Position numbers and translations under genes: made by a program. Under the pieces are notes generated by a model. It was not told where the DNA came from. It saw only the letters and a list, made by a program, of their open reading frames with translations, and ran no database searches. A stretch of DNA of 64,000 bases from Antedon mediterranea (taxonomy: Eukaryota; Animalia; Echinodermata), in NCBI RefSeq assembly GCF_964355755.1, contig NC_092677.1, forward strand, positions 15,770,101 to 15,834,100. Reading direction: 5' to 3'. Below, in pieces: positions 1 to 13,548 of this stretch. Numbering within the stretch: the stretch's first letter is position 1; every line of letters begins with the position of its first letter.

Positions 1-48
1 TGTGAAAAATTGATTTAGCTAGATTAAACTGATATCAAGATAAGGTCA

Positions 49-168
49 TAAAGCGATAAAACGCATAGTGATACCGGACCGACAGACAGACAGACAGACC
101 GACAGACAGACAGACAGACAGACCGACCGACATAGTGAACTATAGAGTCGCTTCCACGCGACTAAAAA
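49..168 (+). mobile_element. 3' end of a non-autonomous Helentron/HINE (DINE-1-like) element
   Basis: (GACA/GACC)n microsatellite, then terminal hairpin AGTCGCTTCCACGCGACT (146-163) and AAAAA. Near-identical to 13658-13748. Confidence 0.65.
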
Positions 169-878
169 CAAACATTTAAATTAAACTAAAAACCCATTGT
201 CTGAAAGACAATTTGTCTTTTCCCCGTTAAATTAGTTTTTTCGGTTAAATAATTGCTTTGATCTAATTTCAAATAATGTGACATTAAAATAGCATTATTC
301 AAAAAGTTTAAGTTTTTTAAAACATATATTTTTTCAGGGGAACAATATCTTTCAAATATTGGTAATTCAATATTGATCATTCCTTTTTTTGGGATTTTGG
401 GTGGAAAACTCAGATTTCAGATTAATCTGAGTTTTCTCGATCTGGAACGCTCATATTATCAAGATCTGAATTTTTAGTTCCATTCTTCAACTAAAAAAAT
501 CATCGATCATCAAATAGGTCGTTCCATTATTACTCAGAGGGTAAGTTATTTGAAATACTACAGTATTGTACGTTTTCATCATAAAGAAAATACAGTAGAT
601 ATCACTGTAAAATTTGGACTTAGTATTTAGGCTTAGCCTAGCTGCTAAGCAAACTCAATTCAAGGCTCACCGTGTGAGCCGCGATCGCGATGTATCGGAA
701 AGAGTAGACTTAGCCCTACTAGGCTAGAGGGATGCTTGGTCAACTTGTACCCAAACTAACTGGTACCCAAGCCAACTCGTACCCAACTTAAATATTAATT
801 AGTAAGAAAACGTATAATCAATATTAATAGAATAATAGTGTAGTATTTCCAAATAACCTACCCTCTAATTAATATTTA

Positions 879-3755
879 GGAAAACATTACACGATGTTGT
901 TAAACTTGTTGATCTTAAAGATAATAGGCTTGTCGCTATTGAGGTTGGCAAGGGTAGGTATAAAACCTTATTTGTTAACCTGTACTTACCCTATGAATGC
1001 GACGACAACTTTGGTGAATATTTACAATATTTAGGTAAAATCAAAAGTATTGTTGAAGAGTTTGACAATGACAAAGTAGTCCTTGTTGGTGATTTTAATT
1101 CTGATCCTAAGAAAAAATTCGGTAACGAATTGATTGATTTTTGCACTGAGTATAACTTGGTTATATCTGATTTGGAATACTTTGGTCATTACTCAGGTAC
1201 GTTTACTTATTTTAGTGATGCTCACAGTACCACAAGTTGGTTAGACCATGTTGTGAGCACTCATAGTTCCCATTCTCTGCTGTGTAATTTTATAGTTAAT
1301 TATGATTTTATGTATTCTGATCACTTTCCTATTTCGTTTGACTATTTAGGCATTGATATTTGTGATGATTGTAATGACAAGGGTGAAAATATGCATGAAT
1401 CCTCAAAAACTATCAGAGTTAACTGGAATAATGTTAAGAGGGAGGATATAAACAATTTTAATGAGATAACTGAATCCTTACTTAGTAACCTTTATTTTAT
1501 TTATTTTCTTTATTTATATTTTTTTCTTCTCTTAATTTAAATATTTTGTAAAGGCAATCCCGTCACAAGATTGTAATCTTTTTGGGATTTGCCTTCGTCC
1601 ATTTTCTTGTTTTATCACTTGCCATTTTGTTTTTGTCACTTTTGTCTTTTAGACGTGAATAGATGTTCCTTGAATTGAACCTTACTCTCAATTGCGATGG
1701 TATACTTTGTAATGATTCCTCAAGTAAAGATGAATGCCATTGCAATGATATTAGTGATTTATATGACAATGTTATTGAGTGTCTGAGAGTCAGTTCTGAG
1801 GGGTGTTTTAAGTCGACTAAAAATCAAAAAGTCAATGTTGTCCCTGGGTGGAATAACTGAGTAGCTGGATTTCATAAACATGCCCGGGAAGCATTTTTGA
1901 AGTGGCGTGGGTTGGGTAAACCCAGATATGGCCACATCTATTAACACATGAAAATCACTAGATCTAATTTCAAAAATGCCCTCAGAAAGTGTAAATCCAA
2001 CGAAGAAATGCTAAGGGCGGACTCGATGGCCAAGTCTTTTGACGATAAGGACTATAATAGTTTCTGGGGTAAGGTTAAGAAATCCAGCTACGCCAATTCC
2101 CAGTCTAACATTATTGGTAGTGCTAAGGGCGAAAATGACATTTGTGACCTATGGCGTCAACATTTCTCCGATTTATTTAATAGTATTGACTCATCTGAGC
2201 ATAAGACTGTTGTTAATGAAACTCTTGAAAACTGTACAGACGGTGAAATTGATGTTTCACCCCATAATATTAAGCTATTAATTGACAAATTGCCCAATGC
2301 TAAAGCAGCGGGATATGATGGTCTATGCAATGAGCATTTCAAATTCGCTTCTGAGCGACTTAGTATTATTTTAAGTGTATGTTTTAAGGCTATGTTTGTT
2401 CACGGGTTTGTTCCAAGTAATCTCACAAAAGTCACGCTTGTGCCGGTAATTAAATCTAAATTAGGGAATATCACTGATAAAGGGAATTATCGGCCAGCTT
2501 CTAAACTTCTAGAGTCTGTAATGATACAACATTGTGGTAATTCACTGGACTCCCATGACAACCAGTTTGCCCTCAAATCTGGTCACTCAACCGAATTGTG
2601 TATATTTGCTCTTAAACAGATTATCGAGCATTACAACAATCATGGTAGCCCAGTTTATTGCTGTTTCTTGGACGCTAGCAAAGCCTTTGATAAAGTGAGC
2701 CACTGGACACTTTTCACGACCATATTTGACAGGGGTACCCCTTCACCTGTAGTTAAGATACTGAGGTCATGGTATAGGAATCAGGAATTTGTTGTCAGGT
2801 GGGGAAGTTCCGTTTCCGATTCTTTCACTGTTCGTAATGGGGTTCGCCAGGGAGGCGTTATGTCCCCTCTACTTTACAATGTGTACACTGATCCGTTAAC
2901 TGGTGAACTGACTAAGTCAAAAGAAGGTTGTGAAATTAACAGTCTTAAACTGAATTGCCTAAGCTTTGCCGATGACTTGGTCCTTTTGGCTCCGTCAGTG
3001 ACTCGCTTACAAAGCATAATTGGACTCTGTGAAGGTTTTGCTAGTGACCATGATATTACTTTTAATGAAACCAAATCCAAATGCTTGCTATTTTTCCCGA
3101 AAGTCCGCAACCTCAAAGGTGTTCCACATATTACCTTAAATGGGGCACCTCTAATCGTTGATAATTCAATAACCTATCTTGGTCATGTGATTAGTAATAA
3201 CCTGAGTGATGAAAGTGACACCAAACGTCAATATCGATCTATTTGCATTAGGGCCAACTCTCTAAATAGAAAGTTTGGAAAATGTTCTACTAAGACTAAA
3301 CGTTATCTATTTAAGAGTTACTGTGTCAGCATGTACTGTTCAACCTTATGGTGTAGATATAATAAGAGCACTCTGAGATCACTGAAAGTATGTTATAATA
3401 ATGCCTTACGTTTGCTGCTGAAGCAGCCTAGACATTGTAGTGCAAGCATGATGTTTGTCTTAAATGACGTCCCATCCTTTGATGAGTTCATTAGAAAATC
3501 TGTTTTTAGTTTTAAAAATCGTGTGAACACAAGTAGTAATTCCTTGATCATGGCCATTAATCGCCACGTTCTTAATGTGTCAAGAATGCACATACAATGG
3601 AATGCTTTGTTGCATTGACTTTATATATTTACATATCTTTGTTTTTGTTCTATGAGCTGTTAGATTAAGATTGTTTTTCTCTCTTTTGCTATGGATATAA
3701 TATTATGTCACCATGATATTCCGAAATAAAAAGATAAATGAATGAATGAATGAAT
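879..3755 (+). mobile_element. 5'-truncated, disabled non-LTR retrotransposon (APE endonuclease + RT; RTE-X/CR1-group-like)
   Basis: Endonuclease motifs LVGDFN, WLDHVV, SDHFPI. RT motifs FLDASKAFD, GVRQGGVMSPLLY, FADD in ORF 1948-3618. 3' AATAAA and (TGAA)n tail at ~3725-3755. Disrupted by a 191-bp insertion and in-frame stops at 1858 and 1942. Confidence 0.92.
1493..1683 (+). mobile_element. Short retroposed insertion (LINE 3'-end-like) inside the LINE ORF
   Basis: Flanked by AACCTT duplication (1487-1492 and 1678-1683). Removal restores ...LLSNL/TLNCDGILC... A related sequence (CGTCCATTTTCT...TTTGTCTTTTAGACGT) lies at ~23900-23975. Confidence 0.75.
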
Positions 3756-4157
3756 AATGGAACGATCCAAATATCCAAGACTCAGATCTTGATATCCGAG
3801 TTTTCTATAGATCTAGAAAATTGAGATATATCTGATATCGGAGTTTTCTAGACACAAGTGAATATAAAATGTTAATTGTTTGGGTTACCCTGGGTAAAGA
3901 AATATTATTATAGGCCTACATAATGAATGATAAAAATAAATGATATTAGTAATAATAGTAGTACGGATAATAGTAGTAATAATAGTAGTAGGCCTAATAG
4001 TAGTATAGTATTATTAATAACTAGTAGTACAACATCAACAAGAGCATATTGTATATGGTTATGATTTGATCAAAGACGTAGAAGAATCGCATTGTCGCGA
4101 TAGAATTTCTTAAATATTATGTATTTCTTTATTTATTGATTTCATTTCATCAAACAG

Positions 4158-7100
4158 AACCATCGTACTCGTATAATAATCCATGCAACTACACTCGTCA
4201 TTCAAATTGGTATGTAAACCTAACGTGTGACACTTGGAATGGCGAACGACAAGATGATGACGTTGTTATAAAAGGTTACACAATTGAGTATTGGCTCACC
4301 AAGTTACCGAATCGAGTTTACAACATCACTGTTAACAAACCTATCTCGTCGCAATATACGGTCTTATTGCATAGTAGCTATTACTACTCACATCAGGTCA
4401 CAGTTTTGGTGAACTATGAATCTAACGGAACTGATGTGGTTGGATCAAGGAGCCCTCTACTGAATATATCGAAAGGTTTTCTGTTTATTTATTGCTATAT
4501 TTCTGCTTTTCTCACTGTTATGTACGTTCAACATTTTGTTAAAATTGTTTACTTTATACATTTAATTTGGTGATTTTATGTAACCTGGATTTTTTTTAAT
4601 AACATGTATATTAAAAAAATGTCCAATTTTGTTATTAGTATTTGATATTATGTCGTAAGTTTTATTATTTATATTTTCCCAAAGCTTTTCGTCTAAACAA
4701 ATAGTTTTGTTATGCTTTAATTATCACCTATTATTTGTCACCTATTTTAATAAAGCATAGCACCACCAATTTGACGTATTTTGCCCAATTTTTTTCCGTA
4801 TTATTATTATTGTATGTTATTCAATGTTGTATTGTTAACTGGCTTACATTTTCTTTAGAAAAAACACCAGATATCACTGCGTTTAGCAATAAGGCCTACA
4901 TGGTAACACAGACAAACACAATTAAGGTGCGTTCGTATACACCCAAAAATGACAAATTAAACGTCTCCTATGGAGTAGGATTATGGGTAGATGACAACGG
5001 AACACATTTTAGGGAAAGAGAACTTAACAACAGATATGTGGACGTGGACGTGGACGACGACAACCTTAATAGTGATAGAACTGTTGATGTTCCAGTAAAC
5101 TCTATTTTCACCGAAGGTACAACACTTTCGAAATACGAACACAACAATGCCGATGCATACGGTTTACAATTTCCCCATAGCGTTGGTGTTCGCAGAGTCG
5201 GAGTAAAATACATGTGGACAGAATTTAATGGAATTGTTGCGTCGACATCAATGGTATTTATAGAACAGAATTGTAAGTGTACTTTATTCAATGTGTCTAT
5301 TCAATTACTGTAGTACTAAACTTAACGGGTGGAAATTAGATATTAACTTAACATTTAACATATAATGCGATGTGTGAAATGTGATTTGAGGTAGTAACAG
5401 ATATCGCCAAAACTATCAACTCGCCACGTCTGTTTATTATTCAACTTTGTATCATGAATTTTCTAGCAGGAAAATATTTAATTACCCTAAATTATTTAAA
5501 TAAAACTATCTAGTACGTTCATATAAGTAGGCCTGTGTTTAAGATAAGACATTTTTGATCGTTATTTTCTAATTCGTAGCTCCGATCGTACAAGAGCACC
5601 GAACTATATCGACCAGTATTGGTGAATCTATTCAATTGGCTGTAGCACTTGTTAGCATTGACAATACTATGCTGCGATGGAAAAAAGATGGCAGTATTGA
5701 TATATCAGAATGGAACGGTATGAGTAACGTGACTATTGAGAATGTTCGAAGGAAGGATGACGGTATTTACGAATGCTACCAGGAGGGTCATCGGAACGAA
5801 GGAAAACACGCAATAGTTCGAGTGATCGTTCGAGGTAAGTCTTTTTTATAGAATGCTCTATGGGAACTTAATTTACCACGTGCATCATAAAATCATTACA
5901 AGGTTTCTCGCAAGCAATTTAGAAAACAGGGGTATATTCTTGAACAGGAAAGTGGAATTCTACAACAGTAATTGTTTGTAATTATTGTTATTGTAGGCCT
6001 AATTGTTTTTGATCAAATTATTGAATGAATTGAATTTGTAAAAGCAATCAGTATTGGTAATATAAAGTGCTCAGAAAGAAATAAACATTTGCATAACATA
6101 TTTCAGAGTGTCCACGGGGAAAGTGGTTCCCTCCAGACTGCGCGTTAGACTGCCCTGTATGTTACAATGGCGGTGTTTGTTCTGAATTTGGATCATGCGT
6201 CTGTCCTCCAGGATTTAAAGGCGATAACTGTGAACAAGGTAATGAACTTCTATCAAATTTACTTTGAACCAAAATACTATTATTTCTAAAAGCAATTTGC
6301 GTCGATACGTTGTATCTGCGTTCTTGCGTTGCGTCCTTAGCGGGGGAAGCAAGCTTAATTGGCTACACAATTAAGAACTGCAACCTGTTCGGTAAGCTAT
6401 GTTTCATGTAGATCTTAATTGCTCACTCAGTAGATGTATAACTGCATGTTTTGTTTTATGAAGCATGTGGATATAATAATTGGGGACGAGACTGTACAAT
6501 TGTTTGTAGCTCTACTTAGCCAAGAATTTTAATAAGGAACAGGTAAACATTACATTGTATTGTTCAGAATGTAATACATTTCATACTATATGTATAGCAT
6601 GTGGAATCAATAATTGGGGACGAGATTGTACAATTCTTTGTAGCTCTGGCACCCCTGGATGCCCAGGTATATTATACGGCCTGCCTGATCCATATGGATG
6701 CTCATGCTTCACGGGATATGAAGGGATAGAATGCAATAATGGTAATGTTACACTTCTTATAATTATATACTTTTTCAGATATGCCTACTAAAATATTTTA
6801 CCCAAACGAGGCTCGACATTTTTATTTTAATTCAAACATTATGTAAGAACAATAAAAAAAGGATAATTATAAATACATGTTTTATTTCCTAACAAACAAT
6901 TAATATTCGTCACTGTGGTAGCTTAACATATTATTAAACAAAACGTATTGTGTTGTTCAGAAGCATCTAAGAGAAGGCACGAAACTACAATAAAACTGGT
7001 TGTATTATTCCATTGTGACTTTTGTTCAACTTTAGAATGCGACGCTGGTATGTATGGACCAAACTGCTTGCTTGAATGTCACTGTGACGAAAATAGCTGT

Positions 7101-10100
7101 GACAGGACAAGTGGTTGTACTATAACTGCAACATGCCACAGTGGATACACTGGAGAAAGGTGTTTATGTAAGTCATTTTACTAACTGTAGAAAGACACTA
7201 ATTGATGAATCCTTGGCCTTCCATAGAATTATAACGTTTTAGATCTTCGGAGGGCTAGCCACATGATGCCATTTTAACCAGTAACGTTCTTGTATTTGCA
7301 TAGGCTATGTAATAATATATACTATACTAAAATATGTTTGTAGGTCTGAATACTGTATTATAAACAACAAGGGCATATACAAGGCTGCAGTCGCGTGCTC
7401 AAGTTAGTGTTTACCGACCAACCGACCGAGATAGTGAGCTGTATAGAGTCGCGAATAAATAATAAAAATTTAATAGAAAAAACTCATTTAGTGCTGGGTT
7501 TGTTGTGCTAAAATAGTATAATTCATAAATACACACATGTATGTTTTATAATGTTTTTTTGTGTGTTCTCAGATAGAAGTGAGGATGTTGATTGCCCTGA
7601 TGGGTTCTATGGGCCAGAATGCACCAAAGTATGTCATTGTAAACATTCATCAACTTGTAATCGTACCAGTGGAAGTTGCCCAGACGGTGATCATTGCGCC
7701 GAAGGTTGGGCTGGCTTAGGTTGTCAACAGGGTAGGATATTAAATCATATTCCTTTAAAATAAACATTGTTTTCTTTATCATTATATGGCATGCCGATAC
7801 AACATAATGTTTTAAAGAATATAAGCTTCTCTGTCCCACAATTTAAACTTTTGTCTTTAAACTATAAAACAATCTACGAGTACCTTAACATATTAATCAA
7901 AATGTATGAAGATATTGAGACGGTTCAAATATAAAGGCGGGAAACGTTAACACTTAATACATATGGTAGATACCTCAAACCTAAAAAATACCATACAAAT
8001 ACTTAATGTTTATAGGAGTGCGATGGTACACATAATGCATGAGGCAAAAGATGAGGCGAAGCCGAGTTAAAATGTAATTTAATATTTCACCGAATGAAAT
8101 TATTTGTACCGTTGCACGATTATAAAACATTCATACCTCTGTTATTTATGTGTCAATAACCGAAACACAATCCTAGGCCTGGGCTGGGCCTTGTGTAGGA
8201 AGATTAGCAATATTTAAAAATCTCCAGACAACTGAAACTGATCTAGACTAATTCTGATTTTTCCCAACAATTCCACGTCTTATAGAATTATCAAAATCAT
8301 ACAAACGATCTAAAGCTAATTTAAGTGCTGTTTTTGGTTTAAAATAACATATATCGCTTTCCAAAAATGTTAGTTTCGATAGAGTGAACCGTTATTTTTT
8401 TCGTACAAACAAAACTAAACTTTACACACGATCTTCAAATAATGACAAATATATTTAGGTGTGTTATAATAACAGTTTATTGGGAAAAACTATGTTAGGT
8501 ACGGTACCGTAATTATCATGAATGAATTAAACGTTCATTTATTAAGATGCAAACTGTGTTCTTATATCTGTTGTATTTTATAAAGCTGGTCAGCCTAGGC
8601 CTAAAAATAATTTATTTCCAAACCCATCACATGGCTTTATCTATTTCAGCCCTTCCAGCTCTAAGTGATGCTCCATTTATTGAAACGTCTGGTAATAACA
8701 TAAAAGCTTATTGGTCAAACTGGACACTAAATAATGATTATGGCCGAGGAATCGTTAAAAGTTATCAATTACTGTTTTGGTCAGATACCAATACCAGTGA
8801 TTTAAGTACGTTAAACATTACAAACGGTGTTGAAGCAATCGTATCTTGGACTCAAGTGGACTACTACACGGAATATTGCTTTGCGGTTAAAGTATTTACA
8901 GAAATAGGACAGCAATTATTCCTAGGAGAGGCAAGTCCTATGAAAGATCACAAAATATGTAAGTAATCTAACAATAATGACATCGTCTATTAAAAATCTG
9001 AAAAGATTTTTCAAAATACGTTTAGTGGAGTTTAAGCATATAACTTATAACTGTGAATCCAATTTTGGTTGTATCCTACAAAAGAACCATTTTCGACAGT
9101 GCTGACAGTGTGCTATGAATACGGTACCTCGCTGTTTAAAGTGACATTATATCGTCACTGATGGGGTGAGTATAGAGTCTTTCCATTCTCGACATGTCAT
9201 CTAAATTGTTTTGAAACTTGCATACATTTTACAATTAGTTAATTATTCATATCTAGATCCGCCGTCTTTACTCCGTCCGCCATCGTTACTGTCACGTAAC
9301 TCCCTGGGCGTCAACATTACTTGGAATGAATGGACGTACGCCTTTGACAAGGGCATTGGCAATGTAACAGCCTACATCGTTGAATGGTGGTATGCAGTGT
9401 CTGCAGCTGACGTCGGTGAAATCAGGTGTACCGGAGATACATCAGAAGGAATACTTATTCCAAATATAACGTATGATTCTATCTTGGTTGTCACCATCAG
9501 GACAATGTACGTAGATGGCAGTGGTGAGCAAAAAGGAGAACCCAGTCCAGTTCTGGTCATTTTAAAAGGTTGGTCTAATTATTTGACTGGGTTATGTTTT
9601 AGATATTCTAACTGTTGTGGGTTTACTCATCAGCCGAAAGTTATAAATTACAAAGATTACTTTAAATAATCCAATAATTAATATAAAATACTGTTGTACG
9701 TACGTAACTACATTACATTTAACACAATATTTAAAGAATGCAATACGATCAATTTAAAACTAGGCCTACATTTAATTTCTTTTCAGATAACTGCCCCTAC
9801 GATTGGAAACTATTAGAAGATACTTGTTATTTTTTAGATGGCAGTTTACTTAACTGGAATGACTCTAACGCATTCTGTCAAAAACAAAATGCATCTTTGG
9901 TGTCTATAACAACACAAATCGAAAATGAATACATTAAACAGTTGGCACAGGACAAATTATATGATTATATTTGGATTGGATTGAGTTTCCAGAGCTTTTC
10001 TAGGAACTGGTATTGGATTACGGAAGAGATACTTTTGTATAAAAGTATGTACAGTAGATGATATCATTTACATAGCTCGATGGACATGAGCTTTATACTT

Positions 10101-11983
10101 TAGATCACCTACTAAGGGGACACTTTGAATTCTGTTCCGGTTAGTTATAAAATGGGAGCTTTAAAGTGCTGGAGAACGAAGCGATGTATTATTAGTATTA
10201 TGTTTCGTTAAAAAAACAAGCGCCGATGTTTAATCTCTATCTAGGTCACTTTTGTAGGCCCCGAGGATGTCCTCTTAATCTAATAAAGGTCTATATATAA
10301 ATATTTATATTTGTATTAAGTAATCAAAATAGTTGTAATTATTTTTTTTTGGAGAAATTTCGGTCGAAATACAATTACGGTACAGTATTACGTAATGTTC
10401 ACGAGAATGTAATTTATTTTTCTACCAAGATTGGCAAGGAACACCAGACAACGCAATGGGAGAGTGTGCATATTTTTACACATCGAATGGTTTTTGGTCA
10501 AATAGGCCTTGTCAATCAATTAACAGAGTAATGTGCGAGAAAGGTAAATGTTTAGTTACTGCCCTTACTTACTACTGCCCTAAGCGAACACTTTCTGTAA
10601 GGTCTAGTTCCTACTTAGGACGCAAAAAAGCAACACAAGTAAAATTGGTCAGCTCGCTTAAAGCTTGGTTCCCACTAGAACGTAACGCAAGGACGTAAAC
10701 GCAATCATTGGTCAATTCACTTGCGTTGTGTTACGTCCTTGCGTTGCGTCGCTAGTGGGAACCACGCTTTAGGTGTGCTTACGTCCTTGCGTTGGGAACC
10801 AAGCTGTAGGCAAACACATGCATTTTATAGTAATCCCTTCTTTTATTTTACTTTACGTCACCTGAACGATTTTTTTGGACAAGAAATAACGTTTCTATTT
10901 ACCGAACTTTACAATGTTGTACTTTTCTTCCAAATCAGTCTTAATAGTTATAATAGTACTTAGTTCTATTTCTGAATAGGTGTTCAAAAATTTGGTTGTC
11001 TTGACGAAAGTTGGAATGGTTATAAAGACGAATGTTACAAATACTTCAACAATCGTACAACACACGATGAAGCCGCACAAAGCTGTCGACATTTCCGAAA
11101 TGCTGACCTAGCTAGTATTCATTCTTTAGATGAAGATGAGTTTGTTGAAAGCATCATTCGAAACTTCAACAAGGACACATGGCTTGGCCTGAACTACTCA
11201 AAAGAATCTGGTAAAACTGTGTATTGATCAAATTGTAATCGAATGTATGTTTTACTTACTATGTCCAGAACTGTACGTTTACTCAACTGGATACTTTCCG
11301 TTGGGTAGGGCTAAAAATGTGCATAATATTATTCAAAAAGTTTTGTAAGAGTGTAAACTATGTGATACCACCCGATTATCAGTACTGTATCTCCACATAT
11401 GACAATATTGTCTATTATAGACGAAATCTACAATACAGATGTTCCACAAACATACCTGTATCATTTGAGGTTAGGTTATGGTTCAATGATTTAGGTTGTA
11501 TGTGCTGATGTTGATGCTTTATCACTGGGCAAATTAAGATACACTACTGAGAATTAGAGTGCACAGTAATTATATATTGATTAACAAAAGGTGGAGTGAC
11601 CTACACATCATTACGGTAGAAATATTCTATAATTTTTTTTGGAAAAAAAAAAGTTCACTCACATGCGTGCGTAAAAGTTTATTTTCTGCGTACCAGACTA
11701 ATGGGCCCATATATCACCATGAATAATGGTATATTAATAGACGTTATCAATAATGATATTCACATTATTTTATGTATATTTGTTTACAGATCTTCAATGG
11801 ACTGATGGCACCGTTGTTGAGTATGTGATTAACGGACTTAATCAAACTTATATAGATGGCAAATGTGCAGCATACAGTCAGGATAACATTTTCTTCTGGA
11901 AATTCATGGATTGTTCAACAGAAAATGCATATGTGTGTAAGGATATAAGAGGTAACAAACACATAACAAATCTCGCGTTCTGA
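4158..11983 (+). CDS. Tie-ectodomain-like / C-type lectin mosaic protein, paralog A (5' part outside window or lost)
   Basis: Exons 4158-4475 (FN3), 4859-5272 (Ig-like), 5580-5834 (Ig), 6107-6238, 6598-6741, 7036-7167, 7573-7731 (EGF), 8650-8958, 9257-9568 (FN3), 9787-10044, 10430-10543, 10980-11210, 11790-11983 (2 CTLD). All GT-AG and phase 1-1. Tie-type EGF signatures CPVCYNGGVC and LPDPYGCSC. Confidence 0.85.
6464..6513 (+). pseudogene. Partial intronic duplicate of the 5' end of EGF exon 6598-6741
   Basis: CATGTGGATATAATAATTGGGGACGAGACTGTACAATTGTTTGTAGCTCT repeats the exon start ~134 bp upstream, preceded by AG. Confidence 0.7.
7364..7453 (+). mobile_element. Degenerate HINE-like copy (also a fragment at ~25540-25580)
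   Basis: AGTCGCGTGCTC...CCGACCAACCGACCGAGATAGTGAGCTGTATAGAGTCGCG, related to 13549-13748. Confidence 0.5.
10661..10770. mobile_element. Small palindromic MITE (PIF/Harbinger-like)
   Basis: TIRs AGCTTGGTTCCCACTAG / CTAGTGGGAACCACGCT with internal AACGCAAGGACGTAA / TTACGTCCTTGCGTT. Related fragments at ~6297-6355, 10775-10806 and 60836-60925. Confidence 0.6.
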
Positions 11984-12840
11984 ACTATTTCTATCAAATG
12001 GGTAAACAATAGCCAACGTTTTTAACATAACATGTATGTTTTCCTTCCACAGTTTAACTACCTATCTTTTTTTTAGCATTAACAATATTTATTCCCACAG
12101 CATTAACTAAGAAAATTTCTTCCCACAGATCAACATGTTATTACTAATTTTAAATTTTAATTTAATAAACTAAGTATAAGTGTACAGAATATAGGCTAAA
12201 CAAGATTACAAAAAGTAATTAATGAGTCGCATGGAAAGAATAATATAATCCAGAGGAATTGGAAGTTACAGCACAATGCATGCAACAGGAAGAAAATCTA
12301 CTACTGTGGTCGTCGTTATAATTCTCACAACGATTGGGTAAGCCTTTAAATAGCATTGGTTTAGTTGTTATAGCCAATTTACACAGACACGTGGTAACGG
12401 TAATACAAATATAGAATCCATGTTATTCCTTATGACCATTTACACAACGCAACAAGAAATGTTCACTGGACACATTCTGAAATTTGGCCAGTCGACTTGC
12501 ACATATCAGTCGACGTATAGTGGACGTGCTAATCGAAAGTTCATATAAAGTGATTTTAGTTTACTTGTTGTTGATATTGCTGCTATCAATGCTGCTTAAA
12601 TCTACCAAGGAAGCGTACTGATTTTTACAAATGAAAATAAATTTACATTTTTCTTTTGTAGAATGGTCAACATACATTTGAACATAACGTTTGACTGATG
12701 GTATACAAACTAAAATCCAAATGCTGTTATGAGGTTTGTAATAGTTGCAACATCTAATGAATAACTCACAAAAAATCACAAAACCTGTTTCATCTGTTTA
12801 TTTATCATCTCAGTTGATAACATTTATCCATCCAATATGG

Positions 12841-12937
12841 TGCTATTTTCTGTTGAAAAATCCATGAATTTCCAGAAGGAATGTGATCATCCTGACTGTA
12901 TGCTGCACATTTGCTATCTATATCAGGTTGATTAATA
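12841..12937 (-). pseudogene. Inverted fragment of the terminal CTLD exon of the Tie-like/lectin genes
   Basis: Reverse complement reads ATTAATCAACCTGATATAGATAGCAAATGTGCAGCATACAGTCAGGATGATCACATT...TGGAAATTCATGGAT, matching ~30062-30157 and ~11838-11930. Confidence 0.85.
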
Positions 12938-13548
12938 CTTTGCTATTTATATCTTACATTTGATCTTTTATAATTGAAGGAATAATTGAAAGTAGCTACT
13001 GAAAAATGACTATTAAAAGATGGATGCAACTGACGTTCTAAACAGACCCGATCCTGACACACGGCACATCCACCCAAAGAGTATCTGGAAATAAATACCG
13101 ACCTCCAACAAAGGACTAGCTCATGGAAGCTACCAAGAATCTAAAACATTGACATTGTATGCAGAAATTTTGAAAGATGATATGGTTACTTTGTATTTTG
13201 CAAAGGTATTACAAACATTGTGTCAGACTGGACAAAGTGCCTCACTGTTAGGCTAGAGTGATCTTGGAAAAGATGACAAATGGCAAGGAATAACTCTTCT
13301 TTTCATGATATTTTATGAATTTGTGGCATGAAACAATTGGAGAATGACCTTGACAACCGATATCCAATATCTCCACGCGTTAGCAAATTAGAAATGAATA
13401 CAGTGAATCGAATTCAAAATATCTGGAGTATTCTGGGTGGTGGAATGTGTTTCGACTCAAACTAGTTTGGCACTCTGTTTCATACTATATTACTTGAGCT
13501 CGAAAAGTTTACAGACAAAAATCGAAACGCCGAATAGATGATTAATAT

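Larger units (their letters stand above)
404..3849. mobile_element. Inverted-repeat (MITE/foldback-like) element whose right arm is split by a LINE
   Basis: Left arm ~404-570 is the reverse complement of 834-866 (AGAGGGTAAGTTATTTGAAATACTACA) plus 3753-3849 (AATAATGGAACGA...TCAGATCTTGATA...GAGTTTTC). Confidence 0.55.

Noticed and set aside
1948-3618. Intact or domesticated reverse transcriptase gene
   Set aside because: Upstream frame has an insertion and two stops, the NYRP motif is followed by a deletion, and the element is 5'-truncated with a LINE tail.
12276-12337. Hydrophobic mini-exon (MHATGRKSTTVVVVIILTTI + GTAAG) as a TM exon of paralog A
   Set aside because: Phase is incompatible with the phase-1 donor at 11951, there is no counterpart after paralog B, and no continuing exon was found. 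An orphan first exon cannot be excluded.
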